Notes under the pieces: generated by a model | What the model saw: the letters and a program-made list of their open reading frames with translations, nothing else | Database searches by the model: none | What the model was told of the DNA's origin: nothing | Assembly: GCA_963729605.1 (NCBI GenBank) | Contig: CAVSNY010000003.1 | Location: 384,001 to 448,000, forward strand | Reading direction: 5' to 3' | Source: an uncultured Gammaproteobacteria bacterium | Lineage (GTDB): Bacteria > Pseudomonadota > Gammaproteobacteria > DRLM01 | Length of the DNA stretch: 64,000 bases | Made by a program: the position numbers and the translations under genes | Shown here: one piece after another, positions 1-11,576 of the stretch | How positions within the stretch are numbered: the first letter of the stretch is position 1 | Layout: every line of letters starts with the position of its first letter

Positions 1-514
1 GCGTGCCCGCCGCGGCGAGGGCGTCGAAGTTGTCGATCACCTTCGCGGCCTCCGGAAACAGCTCACGGTCGGCGCCGGGAAACGCGGCGGTGACCGCGAA
101 GCCGACCTGCCGCGCAAGTCCGCACAAGGCCTGCGCCGCGGGCGAGGCGCCGATGATGAACAAGGCCGGACGCGCCACCACCGGATCGACGAAGATATCC
201 AGGGTGCCGCCGCTGTGGCAGCTCATATTGAAATCCATGATGCCTTCCTCGATGACCTCGCCGCGGTCCGGGCTGATGCGGATCAGCCGCGCCTGACCGT
301 CCTGCAAGACTTGTTTGACGACCTTGATCACCACCGGCTGCGCGCAGCCGCCGCCGATCCAGCCCGCGATCTCGCCGTCGGCGCTGACCACCGCCTTTGC
401 GCCGGGCTTGGCCGAGGTCGGTGATTCGGCGCGCACCACCGTCACCAGCGCGAAGGGCGTGCCGGCCGCCTTCAATCGCGCCGCCTTGTCTAATACCGCG
501 TCGCTTTCAATCAT
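1..514 (-). CDS. coxF: XdhC/CoxF-family CO dehydrogenase maturation protein (3' end runs off the window)
   Basis: Manual translation from ATG 514: MIESDAVLDKAARLKAAGTPFALVTVVRAESPTSAKPGAKAVV...GWIGGGCAQP...MSCHSGGTLDIFVDP, which are XdhC-type motifs; follows coxE. Confidence 0.88.
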   Translation of the reverse strand, partial: MIESDAVLDKAARLKAAGTPFALVTVVRAESPTSAKPGAKAVVSADGEIAGWIGGGCAQPVVIKVVKQVLQDGQARLIRISPDRGEVIEEGIMDFNMSCHSGGTLDIFVDPVVARPALFIIGASPAAQALCGLARQVGFAVTAAFPGADRELFPEAAKVIDNFDALAAAGT

Positions 515-530
515 AGATTCACCCTTCTTC

Positions 531-645
531 GCAGGGCGCGTCGTGCGCACCCTTCATCGTCGGTGCGCGTAGCGCACCCTACAAACCGCATCTTTCTCGG
601 TCATAGGTCGACCATGTTTCATAGGGTGCGCACGGCGCACCCTAC
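531..645. repeat. Cluster of three GTAG-family REP palindromes (531-551 on +, 562-582 on -, 625-645 on -)
   Basis: Consensus GTAGGGTGCGC(C/T)(G/A)(T/C)GCGCACC; the first two copies form an inverted pair and the third contains the coxE TAG stop. Confidence 0.8.
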
Positions 646-1823
646 AAATTCACCAAACGCGGCTCCAACGCCGCCAGACTTTCCAGGTTATGCGCCGGCG
701 CGAACACGTCGATCAGCGGCAAGGCGGCGACCATGCCGCCGGCCAGCGGCTGATAACCTTCGCGGCCCAGCAGCGGATTCAGCCAAATGAGTTTGCGCGC
801 GCGCCGCTTGATGCGCGCGAGTTGTTCCGCCAGCAGCGCCGGCGAACCGGTATCGAGGCCGTCGCTGATGATGATCACCACCGTGCGCCCGTTGAGCAGC
901 GTGCGCCCGAACTGTTGATTGAAAGACTGCAAACTTTCACCGATGCGCGTGCCGCCCGCCCAACCCAGGGAGATCACCGCCAGCTTGGCCTTGAGCTTGG
1001 CGACGTCGCGCTCGCACAGCGCGTCGCTGACCGGCACCAGATGGGTGTGATAGACGAAGGCGTGGGCGTCGCGAAAGGCGCCGAGCAGGCCGCGCGCGAA
1101 TCGCAGAAAGAGATAACTGTACAAACTCATCGAGCGGCTGACGTCGAGGAGCAGGATGAGACGCGGCAGTTGACGGCGCCGTTGCATGAACACCGGATCG
1201 AGCGGTGTGCCGCCGTAGCGTAAGCTGCGGCGCAGCGTGCGACGGAGATGGAGACGCCGGCCCCGCTGCGCCAGCCGCCAGCGGCGCCGCAGTTGGCGGC
1301 GCATGCGGCGCGCCAAGCGCTGCACCCATTGTTCCATCGCCTCCATCTCGCCGGGCGTAGCGAGAAAGCGAAAATCGTTACGCGCGTTGGATATCTCCGC
1401 GCTGGCGCCGCCGCGGGTCCCGCCCGCGCCGGCGTCGCCGTCGTCTCCCGGCTGGGCGAGATCGGTCTCGGCGGGCAGGCCCGGCGGCCCGGCGCGGCGC
1501 TGACCCTCGCGGCCGCCCAACGGCGCACCCGCCGCGGCCCGCACCCGCGAACTGTGTCTGCCGGAACGCTGCCAATAGGCATCGAAGAGTTCATCGAAAC
1601 GCCGCCACTCTTCGGCGTTGCCGCACAACAAGGCGCGCAATCCCCAGCGCAGACGCCGCGCCTCCACGACGCCGCAGCGCTCGGCGATGCGCAGCGCGTC
1701 GAGGGTCTCGGCGAGGCCGGCCTCGAATCCCTGCTCGCGCGCCAAGCGCACGAACCCGACCACGCGCGCGATCAAGGTCTCACCCGCGTCATGGTGAATT
1801 TTAATGTCGCGGGCCGTATTCAT
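642..1823 (-). CDS. coxE: CoxE, VWA-domain CODH accessory protein
   Basis: MIDAS motif LLLDVSRSM, plus WAGGTRIG, ISDGLDTG and WLNPL; ATG 1823 overlaps the coxD stop (ATGA). Confidence 0.92.
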   Translation of the reverse strand: MNTARDIKIHHDAGETLIARVVGFVRLAREQGFEAGLAETLDALRIAERCGVVEARRLRWGLRALLCGNAEEWRRFDELFDAYWQRSGRHSSRVRAAAGAPLGGREGQRRAGPPGLPAETDLAQPGDDGDAGAGGTRGGASAEISNARNDFRFLATPGEMEAMEQWVQRLARRMRRQLRRRWRLAQRGRRLHLRRTLRRSLRYGGTPLDPVFMQRRRQLPRLILLLDVSRSMSLYSYLFLRFARGLLGAFRDAHAFVYHTHLVPVSDALCERDVAKLKAKLAVISLGWAGGTRIGESLQSFNQQFGRTLLNGRTVVIIISDGLDTGSPALLAEQLARIKRRARKLIWLNPLLGREGYQPLAGGMVAALPLIDVFAPAHNLESLAALEPRLVNL

Positions 1824-2698
1824 CCGCTGTTCGCCACCATACGTCCCACCACCTCGGCGGTGACGGCGCCGCGGTCCTCTTTGGTTTTGAGCAGACACAC
1901 CAGCGACTGGAGGATCAGCGCCGGGTCGCCGTCGAGCCTATCCACCTTGAGCTGAAGCAGCGCCGCCACCCAATCCAGCGTCTCGGCGATGCCCGGCCGT
2001 TTGCGCAGATCCAAACCCCGCAGCGCCTGCACGAAGGCCACCACTTGCCCCGCCAGACGTTCACTGAGTTGCGGCGCGTGGCGTTGCACGATGCGCAGTT
2101 CCTTGGCCAGGCTGGGGTAGTCGATGTAGTGATACAAACAGCGCCGCCGCAGGGCGTCGCTCAGTTCGCGGGTGCCGTTGGAGGTGAGGATCACGTAGGG
2201 GATACTGGTGGCCTTGATGGTGCCCAGCTCGGGGATGCTGATCTGAAAATCCGAGAGCAACTCCAGGAGATAGGCCTCGAACTCTTCGTCGGCGCGGTCG
2301 ATCTCGTCCACCAGCAGCACCGGCGGCACGGCTTGGGTGATCGCCTGCAATAAAGGGCGTTGGAGCAGAAAATCTTCGCTGAAGATGTGCCGCTCTTTCT
2401 CGGCGGCCGGCGTGTCCTCGGTTTCTTGAATCTTGATGGCCAGCAATTGCCGCTGATAATTCCATTCATACACCGCCGTGCCCGCGTCCAATCCTTCGTA
2501 ACATTGCAGACGGATCAACGGGCAATCGAACATGGCGACGAGGGCCTTGGCGATCTCGGTCTTGCCCACCCCGGCGTCGCCTTCCACCAGCAGCGGACGG
2601 CGCAGTTCGGTGAACAACAGCAAGGTCGCGGCGAGATCGGGCTCCGCGATGTAAGCGGCTTGTTCGAGCCGCGCTTGAAAATCGGCAAGGAGGGTCAT
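1820..2698 (-). CDS. coxD: CoxD, MoxR-type AAA+ ATPase
   Basis: Walker A GDAGVGKT, RLQCYEGLD, YEWNYQRQLL, Walker B LLVDEIDRAD. Confidence 0.93.
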   Translation of the reverse strand: MTLLADFQARLEQAAYIAEPDLAATLLLFTELRRPLLVEGDAGVGKTEIAKALVAMFDCPLIRLQCYEGLDAGTAVYEWNYQRQLLAIKIQETEDTPAAEKERHIFSEDFLLQRPLLQAITQAVPPVLLVDEIDRADEEFEAYLLELLSDFQISIPELGTIKATSIPYVILTSNGTRELSDALRRRCLYHYIDYPSLAKELRIVQRHAPQLSERLAGQVVAFVQALRGLDLRKRPGIAETLDWVAALLQLKVDRLDGDPALILQSLVCLLKTKEDRGAVTAEVVGRMVANSG

Positions 2699-2814
2699 GG
2701 CCGCACCGCTCGTCGCGAACGCCGGCGGCTCGAAGCGGATAAACCCGTGGCGGTGATGCGCGGCCGTGGCGCCGCGGTCGGGAAAATGGCTGGTGGATAA
2801 CGGTTCAACGACAT
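2695..2814 (-). CDS. Putative 39-aa basic peptide between coxG and coxD
   Basis: MSLNRYPPAIFPTAAPRPRITATGLSASSRRRSRRAVRP*; GGAG 9 nt upstream of the ATG; its TGA overlaps the coxD ATG. Confidence 0.35.
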   Translation of the reverse strand: MSLNRYPPAIFPTAAPRPRITATGLSASSRRRSRRAVRP

Positions 2815-2843
2815 AACCATCAGCTCCGTTCTATCATCCCGAC

Positions 2844-3440
2844 TCATCCGCTCTTCGGCTTGGCGCCGCCGAACAAGCGCTTAAAGAACTCCAACACGAC
2901 GTTCCAGATCAGGGTAAGCCCGTTCAACTCTTTAGGCGGCGGCGCGGCCGCCGTCTGCGCCGCGTCCGCGCTTGCGCCGCTTGCCGAAGCCAGCACCCGC
3001 GCCGCGAAGTTGTCGCCGAATTGTTTGAGTATTTGTTCCGATATCTGAGTCATCATGCGGCCGCCGAAGCTGGCCAGTTTGCCGCTGACGGTGATGTCGG
3101 AGACGCCGATCACCTCGCAGCCGCCGCCGGCGGCGTCCCGCACCTGAGCGGTGAGATTCATGGCGGCGGCGGAGCCGCCGCCGCTGTCGTTGCCCTTGCC
3201 GGACAATTCGATTTTTCTTGCACCCTCGTCGATAGACTTGATTTCCAGTTCGCCATTGAAGCTCGCGGTGGCCGGCCCGAGGCGCATCTTCACCTGGCCT
3301 TTGAAGTGGGTGGCGTCGATCTGTTCGGTGATCTGCGCGCCGGGCATGCATTCCGCGACGCCTTTAATGTCCTGCAATACCCGCCAGCCCGCGTCGGCCG
3401 GCGCGGCGATCGGAAAGGTTTTTTCGAGTTTGACCTGCAT
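2844..3440 (-). CDS. coxG: CoxG (SRPBCC/START domain), CODH membrane anchor
   Basis: AECMPGA, GKLASFGGRMM and a C-terminal amphipathic/hydrophobic tail; lies directly after coxL. Confidence 0.9.
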   Translation of the reverse strand: MQVKLEKTFPIAAPADAGWRVLQDIKGVAECMPGAQITEQIDATHFKGQVKMRLGPATASFNGELEIKSIDEGARKIELSGKGNDSGGGSAAAMNLTAQVRDAAGGGCEVIGVSDITVSGKLASFGGRMMTQISEQILKQFGDNFAARVLASASGASADAAQTAAAPPPKELNGLTLIWNVVLEFFKRLFGGAKPKSG

Positions 3441-3513
3441 GGTTTAACCTCGGACCTCGCAGCGGATAAAAATCCGGACGGACGCATTTCGCGCCGCCCG
3501 GTCAAGTGCAGCG

Positions 3514-5919
3514 CTACGCTCGTTTATCAAGGCCCAACTCATGGATGGTCTTCCAGACGTTGAAGGCCGTGTGCGGCATGTCGATCTGCGTCACGCCGAG
3601 ATGGGAGAAGGCGTCATTGACCGCATTGGTGAAACAGGGGATGCCGCCCACGTGCGGCGACTCGGCCACGCCCTTGGCGCCGAGCGGATGATGCGGCGAG
3701 GGCGTGACGGTGTAATCCGTTTCCCACTTCGGTGTCTCCACCGCGGTGGGCAGGAAATAATCCATCAAACTGTTGCTGAGCAGATTGCCGCCCTCGTCGA
3801 AGGCGATCAACTGGCCCATCGCCACGGCGTAGGCTTCAGTGAGGCCGCCGTGAATCTGGCCTTCGATGATCATGGGGTTGATGCGGGTGCCGCAGTCGTC
3901 GAGGGCATAGAAACGCCGCACCTTGGTTTCACCGGTGTAGCGGTCGATGTCGAGCACGCAGAGATAGGCGCCGAAAGGATACGTGAAGTTGGGCGGGTCG
4001 TAATACTCCACCGCCTCTAGGCCCATCTCCATGCCGGGCGGCACGTTGTTGTACGCCGCCCAGGCGATTTCCTTCATGGTCTTCTCCTGGCCGGGCACGC
4101 CTTTCACCTTGAAGCGGTCGATCTCCCAGTCGAGATCGTCGACGCCGACTTCCAGCAAGTGCGCGGCGATCTTGCGCGCCTTGTCGCGCAATTTGCGCGC
4201 GGCGTTGGCGGTGGCGGCGCCGCCCACCGGCGTGCTGCGCGAACCGTAGGTGCCGAGGCCGTAGGGCGCGGTGTTGGTGTCGCCCTCCTCCACTTGGATC
4301 ACCTCCGAGGGCAGGCCCAGTTCGGTGGCGATGATTTGCGCATACGTGGTTTGATGGCCCTGACCCTGAGTGATGGTGCCGATGCGGGCGATGGCGCTGC
4401 CGGTGGGGTGGACGCGGATCTCGCAACTGTCGAACATGCCGACACCGAGGATGTCGCAATTCTTGCTCGGCCCGGCGCCGACGATTTCGGTGAAGGTGCA
4501 AATGCCGATGCCCATCAGCTCGCCGCGCGCGCGTTTCTCGGCCTGTTCCTTACGCAAAGCCGGGTAATCCACCGCGTCCAAGACTTTCTTGAGTGCGGTG
4601 GGATAATCACCGCTGTCGTAGTCCCAGCCCAGCGCGCTGTGATATGGAAACTGTGCGGGTTTGATGAAATTGCGGAAACGGATTTCGGCCTTATCGATGC
4701 CGAGTTTCTGCGCCAGGATGTCGATCATGCGCTCGATGAGATGCACGGCCTCGGTGACGCGGAACGAACAGCGGTACGCGACGCCGCCCGGCGCCTTATT
4801 GGTGTAGACGCCGTCCACGCGGGCGTAGGCGACGGGAATGTCGTAGGAACCGGTGCAGATGCTGAAGAAACCCGCCGGCCATTTGGTGGGTTGGGCGTGG
4901 GCGTTGAAGGCGCCGTGATCCGCCAGCACATTGACGCGCAGCGCCTTGATGCGGCCGTTTTTGTCGGCCGCGAGTTCGCCAACCATGTGATAGTCGCGGG
5001 CGAAAGCGGTAGTCGATAAATTCTCGATGCGGCTCTCGATCCACTTCACCGGCCGGCCGAACACGATCGACGCGACGATGGCGCCGACGTAGCCGGGATA
5101 AATACCGACCTTGTTGCCGAAGCCGCCGCCGATGTCCGGCGAGATGATGCGAATCTTGCTTTCCGGCAGACCCGACAGCAGCGAGACCACGGTGCGCACC
5201 ACGTGCGGCGCCTGCGAGGTGATGTAGACGGTGAGTTCGCCGCGCGCCTTGTCGAAAGAGGCGACGCAACCGCAGGTCTCCAACGGACAGGGATGCACCC
5301 GCGGGTTGAGCATGGCCTGCTTTACGGTGACCTCGGCGCCGTCGAAGACCCGGTCGGTCGCCGCCTTGTCGCCCACCTCCCAGCGGAAGATGTGATTATT
5401 GTGCACACGTTTGCCTTGGCCCGCCTCGTCCTTGCCGACCAGATCCTCGCGGATGACGGGCGCATCGGCATCCATGGCATGGTGCGGATCGACCAGCGCC
5501 GGCAAAGGCTCGTATTCGACTTCCACGAGCTCGACGCCGTCGGCGGCGAGGTAACGGTCGTCGGCGATGACCATCGCGACTTCCTGGTACTGGAAGCAGA
5601 CTTTTTCGTCCGCCAGCACTGCTTGCACGTCGCCCGCCAGGGTCGGCATCCAATGCAGCTTGAGCGGTTTGAGATCCTCGGCGGTGAGGACGGCGCGCAC
5701 ACCCGGCAAGGCCAGGGCCTTTTCTTTGTTGATCGATTTGATGCGGGCGTGGGCATGCGGGCTGCGTACCACAGCCCCGAACAACATGCCGGGAAGATGA
5801 ACGTCATCGACATAGTGACCCTTACCTTGGATGAAACGGGGATCTTCTTTACGCTTGCGTGAGCAGCCTATGCCTTCCAGCTTCTGTTCGCGCTCGAGAT
5901 GTTCCGCGGTACTGGCCAT
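3514..5919 (-). CDS. coxL: Aerobic CO dehydrogenase large (Mo-Cu) subunit, form I
   Basis: Form I active-site motif AYRCSFR (about 4759-4779), KEDPRFIQGKG, GGGFGNK, QGQGH, GAKGVAE. Confidence 0.97.
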   Translation of the reverse strand: MASTAEHLEREQKLEGIGCSRKRKEDPRFIQGKGHYVDDVHLPGMLFGAVVRSPHAHARIKSINKEKALALPGVRAVLTAEDLKPLKLHWMPTLAGDVQAVLADEKVCFQYQEVAMVIADDRYLAADGVELVEVEYEPLPALVDPHHAMDADAPVIREDLVGKDEAGQGKRVHNNHIFRWEVGDKAATDRVFDGAEVTVKQAMLNPRVHPCPLETCGCVASFDKARGELTVYITSQAPHVVRTVVSLLSGLPESKIRIISPDIGGGFGNKVGIYPGYVGAIVASIVFGRPVKWIESRIENLSTTAFARDYHMVGELAADKNGRIKALRVNVLADHGAFNAHAQPTKWPAGFFSICTGSYDIPVAYARVDGVYTNKAPGGVAYRCSFRVTEAVHLIERMIDILAQKLGIDKAEIRFRNFIKPAQFPYHSALGWDYDSGDYPTALKKVLDAVDYPALRKEQAEKRARGELMGIGICTFTEIVGAGPSKNCDILGVGMFDSCEIRVHPTGSAIARIGTITQGQGHQTTYAQIIATELGLPSEVIQVEEGDTNTAPYGLGTYGSRSTPVGGAATANAARKLRDKARKIAAHLLEVGVDDLDWEIDRFKVKGVPGQEKTMKEIAWAAYNNVPPGMEMGLEAVEYYDPPNFTYPFGAYLCVLDIDRYTGETKVRRFYALDDCGTRINPMIIEGQIHGGLTEAYAVAMGQLIAFDEGGNLLSNSLMDYFLPTAVETPKWETDYTVTPSPHHPLGAKGVAESPHVGGIPCFTNAVNDAFSHLGVTQIDMPHTAFNVWKTIHELGLDKRA

Positions 5920-5922
5920 GGC

Positions 5923-6408
5923 TTATGCTCCTTGCGCGGTATGGATTTTTTTCGCCGCGTATTGAATGGCTTTGACAATATTCTGATAACCCGTGCAACG
6001 GCATAGATTGCCCGACATGCCCCAGCGGATATCCTCCTCCGACGGGTTGGGATTTTCCTGCAGGAAGCGGTAGGCGCGCATCAACATGCCCGGCGTGCAA
6101 AAACCGCATTGCAGACCGTGTTCCTGCATGAAGCCTTCCTGCACCGGATGCAAAGTGCCGTTGTGGACCAGTCCTTCGACGGTGAGCACCTCGCCGCCGT
6201 CCGCCTGTACCGCGAGCACCGTACAGGACTTGACCGATTTGCCGTTGAGATCGACGGTGCAGGCCCCGCAGTGGCTGGTCTCGCAGCCGATGTGGCTGCC
6301 GGTCTCGCCGAGCGACTCGCGCAAGGCGTGGATCAGCAGCGTGCGCGGTTCCACCAAAATCTCCACGGTCCGCCCGTTCACACTGAAAACAATGTGTTTT
6401 TTTGCCAT
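5923..6408 (-). CDS. coxS: CO dehydrogenase small (2x[2Fe-2S]) subunit
   Basis: [10 protein letters not shown] and QCGFCTPG...NLCRCTGY. Confidence 0.96.
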   Translation of the reverse strand: MAKKHIVFSVNGRTVEILVEPRTLLIHALRESLGETGSHIGCETSHCGACTVDLNGKSVKSCTVLAVQADGGEVLTVEGLVHNGTLHPVQEGFMQEHGLQCGFCTPGMLMRAYRFLQENPNPSEEDIRWGMSGNLCRCTGYQNIVKAIQYAAKKIHTAQGA

Positions 6409-6409
6409 G

Positions 6410-7279
6410 TCAGTTCCCCTTGGTCCGCGTCAGCGCCTGGCGGATCGCACGGCGGGTCATTTCCCCCGCCATGTGGGTTTTGTATTCGCGGTTGCCGCGC
6501 TGGTCTTCGGCGGGATCGCAAATCGCCATGGCCTTTCGCGCCGCCTGTTCGATGAGCGTCTCGTCGATCACCTTGCCGAGCAGCACCGCCTCCGCCTCCT
6601 TGGCCTTGAGCGCGGTCGGCGCGACATTGGTCAAGGCGATGTTGATCTTTTTGCATACGCCGCCGTCGAGCCGCAGTTGCACCGCGGCGGCGGCGGTGGC
6701 GAAGTCGCCGGTCTTGCGTTTGAGTTTGCAGTAGGCGTAACCCGTGCCTTTGGCCACGGCGGGAATACGAATTTCGGTAAGGATTTCGTCAGAGGCGAGT
6801 TCGGTGTAATACAGGCCGTGAAAGAAACCCTCCGCCGCCACCAAGCGCTGGCCGCGCGGGCCTTGCAGCACGAATACCGCATCGGCGGCCATCATCACCG
6901 CGGGGTGATCGTTGCCGGGATCGCCGTGGGCGATGTCGCCGCCGATGGTGCCGCAGTTGCGCACCTGGGGATCGGATATCCATTTGGCGGCCTCCGGCAG
7001 CAACGGGCATTTTTCGCGCAGCAAGGCGGAGGCGATCAGCTCATTCTCGGTGGTCATCGCGCCGATGCGGACCATGCCATCCTGTTCGCGGATGCCTTTC
7101 AGCGCGCCGATGCGGTTGAGGTCGATCAGATGTTTAGGCGAAGCGAAACGCAATTTCATCATGGGCAGCAGACTGTGGCCGCCCGCCAGCAGCTTGGCCT
7201 CGTCGCCCAGTTCGCCCAGCAGGCGGATGGCTTCGTCCACGGTAGCAGGTGCGTGATAATCGAACGTGCCCGGTATCAT
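6410..7279 (-). CDS. coxM: CO dehydrogenase medium (FAD) subunit
   Basis: [42 protein letters not shown]. Confidence 0.96.
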   Translation of the reverse strand: MIPGTFDYHAPATVDEAIRLLGELGDEAKLLAGGHSLLPMMKLRFASPKHLIDLNRIGALKGIREQDGMVRIGAMTTENELIASALLREKCPLLPEAAKWISDPQVRNCGTIGGDIAHGDPGNDHPAVMMAADAVFVLQGPRGQRLVAAEGFFHGLYYTELASDEILTEIRIPAVAKGTGYAYCKLKRKTGDFATAAAAVQLRLDGGVCKKINIALTNVAPTALKAKEAEAVLLGKVIDETLIEQAARKAMAICDPAEDQRGNREYKTHMAGEMTRRAIRQALTRTKGN

Positions 7280-7373
7280 CGTAGCGTCCTTTACTGTTGT
7301 ACTACGGGATCACGAAACGTATTGCCGGCCCATGTGCCATGACCGGTTTTCGCGTTCTAATTGGATTGTTAAA

Positions 7374-7460
7374 AGCATAGTTTAAATCGGCCGCAACGAC
7401 ACTCGCCCTTGCACCAATGGGCGAATATGCCGTGCCAACGGCGAGTCCATTGCATGAATG
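7374..7460 (-). promoter_or_regulatory. coxM promoter with four phased RcoM-type direct repeats and a -10 element
   Basis: Plus-strand GCCGCAACG (7390), GCACCAATG (7411), GTGCCAACG (7432), GCATGAATG (7452), with 21/21/20-bp periods; three match minus-strand TTnnnG and one is TTnnnA; -10-like TATGCT at 7379-7374. Confidence 0.78.
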
Positions 7461-7619
7461 GAAACCCGGGGTCTTCAGAGGGACAATACGGCTGATTAAC
7501 GCCGGCCGCGGGTCAATTAAGGGCGGCGCAACCTGATGAGGCGGCGCCGGAAATAAGCTTCGTGGGATTCATCAAGCGAAGAAGGAAAAGGGCCGGCTCA
7601 TACCGGCCGTAAATCTCAA

Positions 7620-8351
7620 TCAATTCAAACCGAACATGAGTTTGAGTTTTTGCACGTTGCTGCGGCTGACCGGGACGCGGGCCTCGTCGTGGCTGCGCAT
7701 CACCAGGGTACATTGCTCGTCCACCTTCTCGAAGGCGGCGGCGAAGCGGATATTGACCATATGGCTGCGATGGACACGCACGAACTTGCCGGGGTCGAGG
7801 CGCAATTCCAGGTCGGATAAAGCCAGATTGCACAAATAGGCCTGAGTGTCGGTGAAGACGCTGGTGTAATGCCCCTCCGCCTTGAAGTGCACGACTTCGT
7901 TGAGGTCCAGCAGCACCACCCGACTGTTCTTGTAGACCGGCAGTTTGAACAACTGCCGCGGCCGGTCGCGATTGTCCTCCTCTTCGCGCGGGCTGGTGGT
8001 GATGTCGGTGAGGTCGTAAAAGATCATGCAGGTGCCCTGTTCCTCGCCCTTGCCCCACATCTTGGCGACCTTGATCAACAACACCCGGTCGGGGACGTTG
8101 ATCATCATGGTCATGGGCGGCGGCGACTCCGCCGGGCAACTGGAGGATTCCAATAAAAACGCCACCTTCCGGCGGCTTTTTTCCGGATGGAGCTGGGTGA
8201 CTTCGGTGCCCACCACCTGGCCGACGCTGACACCCAGTATCCGGCTGGCGATGATGTTCAGCGCAGTCACCCGGTTGCTCCGGTCCAGCCAAACCATGCC
8301 GGGATCGAATTTTTCCAGCTTGTGTTGGAAGGATTCCAGGTGCATCTGCAT
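7620..8351 (-). CDS. rcoM: RcoM, heme-PAS/LytTR CO-sensing transcription factor
   Basis: PAS domain with QLHPEKSR...CPAESPPPMTMMIN (His/Cys/Met heme-ligand pattern) and LytTR FVRVHRSHMVN...VPVSR; lies upstream of coxM. Confidence 0.9.
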   Translation of the reverse strand: MQMHLESFQHKLEKFDPGMVWLDRSNRVTALNIIASRILGVSVGQVVGTEVTQLHPEKSRRKVAFLLESSSCPAESPPPMTMMINVPDRVLLIKVAKMWGKGEEQGTCMIFYDLTDITTSPREEEDNRDRPRQLFKLPVYKNSRVVLLDLNEVVHFKAEGHYTSVFTDTQAYLCNLALSDLELRLDPGKFVRVHRSHMVNIRFAAAFEKVDEQCTLVMRSHDEARVPVSRSNVQKLKLMFGLN

Positions 8352-8549
8352 AACGAATCACCGCTGTTTTAGGGGTTACGTACAATGTCCGCCGCCGGGG
8401 AAAGCGTTATCAGAATACGTAATTTGCCAGGCAGCCACAACAGCGCGATGAGCGCCGCGGCCATGGACTGTAAGCTTATAAGCCGGCCGCGCTAACGGGC
8501 GCGATCGAAGGCGGGGTCGATCACGCCGCGACGGCGTACAAGCGCCCGT

Positions 8550-9944
8550 CTACCGTTCGCTATCCTTGCCGAACCACGCCAAGCGCTCATGCAGACGCAC
8601 TACGTCGCCGATGATCAGCAAGGTCGGCGCGTGCACCGTGGTCTGCTTCACTTGCTCCGGCAAGGTGGCCAGGGTGCCGATCAACACTCGCTGTTCGCGC
8701 GTGGTGCCCTGCTCCACCAGGGCCACGGGGGTGGCGGCGGGCTTGCCGTGTTCGATCAATTCGCGGCAGAGGATGTCGAGACCGGTGAGGCCCATGTACA
8801 CCACCACGGTCTGCGCCGGCTGGATCAGCGCCGGCCAATTCAAATCCATGGTGCCGTCTTTAAGGTGACCGGTGACGAACAACACCGACTGCGCGTAATC
8901 GCGATGCGTCAGCGGAATACCAGCGTAAGCCGCGCAACCGTTGGCGGCGGAGACGCCGGGGACGATTTGAAACGGGATGCCTTCATCGGCCAGCGAGGCG
9001 ATCTCCTCGCCGCCCCGGCCGAAGATGAAGGGGTCGCCGCCCTTGAGACGCAACACCCGCTTGCCCTCTTTCGCCAGCTTCACCAAGGATTCGTTGATCT
9101 CTTCCTGACGCAGGGCGTGATAGCTGCGGCGCTTGCCGACGTAAATCCGTTCCGCCTCGCGGCGCACCAGATCGAGTATCGCGGGACTCACCAAACGATC
9201 GTATAAGACCACGTCACTCTGCTGCATCAAACGCAGGGCGCGAAAGGTCAGCAGATCGGGATCGCCGGGGCCGGCGCCGACCAGATAGACCTCGCCGCGC
9301 GGCGCCGAGGCCGGCGCCTGTCGCAGCAATTGGATCAAGGCCTGTTCCGCCGCCTGCTCGCGGCCGGCGTAGACCTGTTCGGCGATGGGGCCTTGCAGGA
9401 CGTCTTCCCAAAACCGCCGCCGCTCGGTGGTGCCGGCGAAACGCTGCTTCACCTGCTCGCGGTAACGCGCCGCCAGCGCGGCGAGCCGGCCGTAACCGGC
9501 GGGAATCAAAGTCTCCAGCCGCGCGCGCACCAGGCGCGCCAGCACCGGCGCCGCGCCGCCGCTGGACACCGCCGCCACCAGCGGCGAGCGGTCGATGATG
9601 GACGGAAAGATGAACGTGCAGAGCGCGGGTTGATCCACCACGTTCACGGGAATATTGCGCGCGCGCGCCGCCGCCGCGACCCGGCGGTTCACGCCGTCGT
9701 CGTTGGTGGCCGCCACCACCAGACGGCAATCCTGCAACCGCCCGTCGTCAAATTCGGTTCCGCCGTGGATCACCTCGCCGGCGTGTACCCGTTCCTGCAA
9801 ACGCGCGTTCAACGCGGGCGCCACCACGGTGACGCGGGCGCCGGCGCGCAACAATAAATCCGCCTTGCGCGCGGCGACGTCGCCGCCGCCGACGATCAGA
9901 CTGGGCGCGGCCTTGAGATCGAGAAATATCGGAAACCAATTCAC
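8550..9944 (-). CDS. cysG: Siroheme synthase
   Basis: GTG start gives [10 protein letters not shown]; [42 protein letters not shown]; the longer ORF call overlaps serS. Confidence 0.95.
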   Translation of the reverse strand: MNWFPIFLDLKAAPSLIVGGGDVAARKADLLLRAGARVTVVAPALNARLQERVHAGEVIHGGTEFDDGRLQDCRLVVAATNDDGVNRRVAAAARARNIPVNVVDQPALCTFIFPSIIDRSPLVAAVSSGGAAPVLARLVRARLETLIPAGYGRLAALAARYREQVKQRFAGTTERRRFWEDVLQGPIAEQVYAGREQAAEQALIQLLRQAPASAPRGEVYLVGAGPGDPDLLTFRALRLMQQSDVVLYDRLVSPAILDLVRREAERIYVGKRRSYHALRQEEINESLVKLAKEGKRVLRLKGGDPFIFGRGGEEIASLADEGIPFQIVPGVSAANGCAAYAGIPLTHRDYAQSVLFVTGHLKDGTMDLNWPALIQPAQTVVVYMGLTGLDILCRELIEHGKPAATPVALVEQGTTREQRVLIGTLATLPEQVKQTTVHAPTLLIIGDVVRLHERLAWFGKDSER

Positions 9945-9949
9945 GAGAT

Positions 9950-11572
<1,623 letters not shown>

Positions 11573-11576
<4 letters not shown>

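Noticed and set aside
531-645. Possible mini-CRISPR array
   Set aside because: The repeats are in mixed orientation with irregular spacing, match the REP pattern, and have no cas genes nearby.
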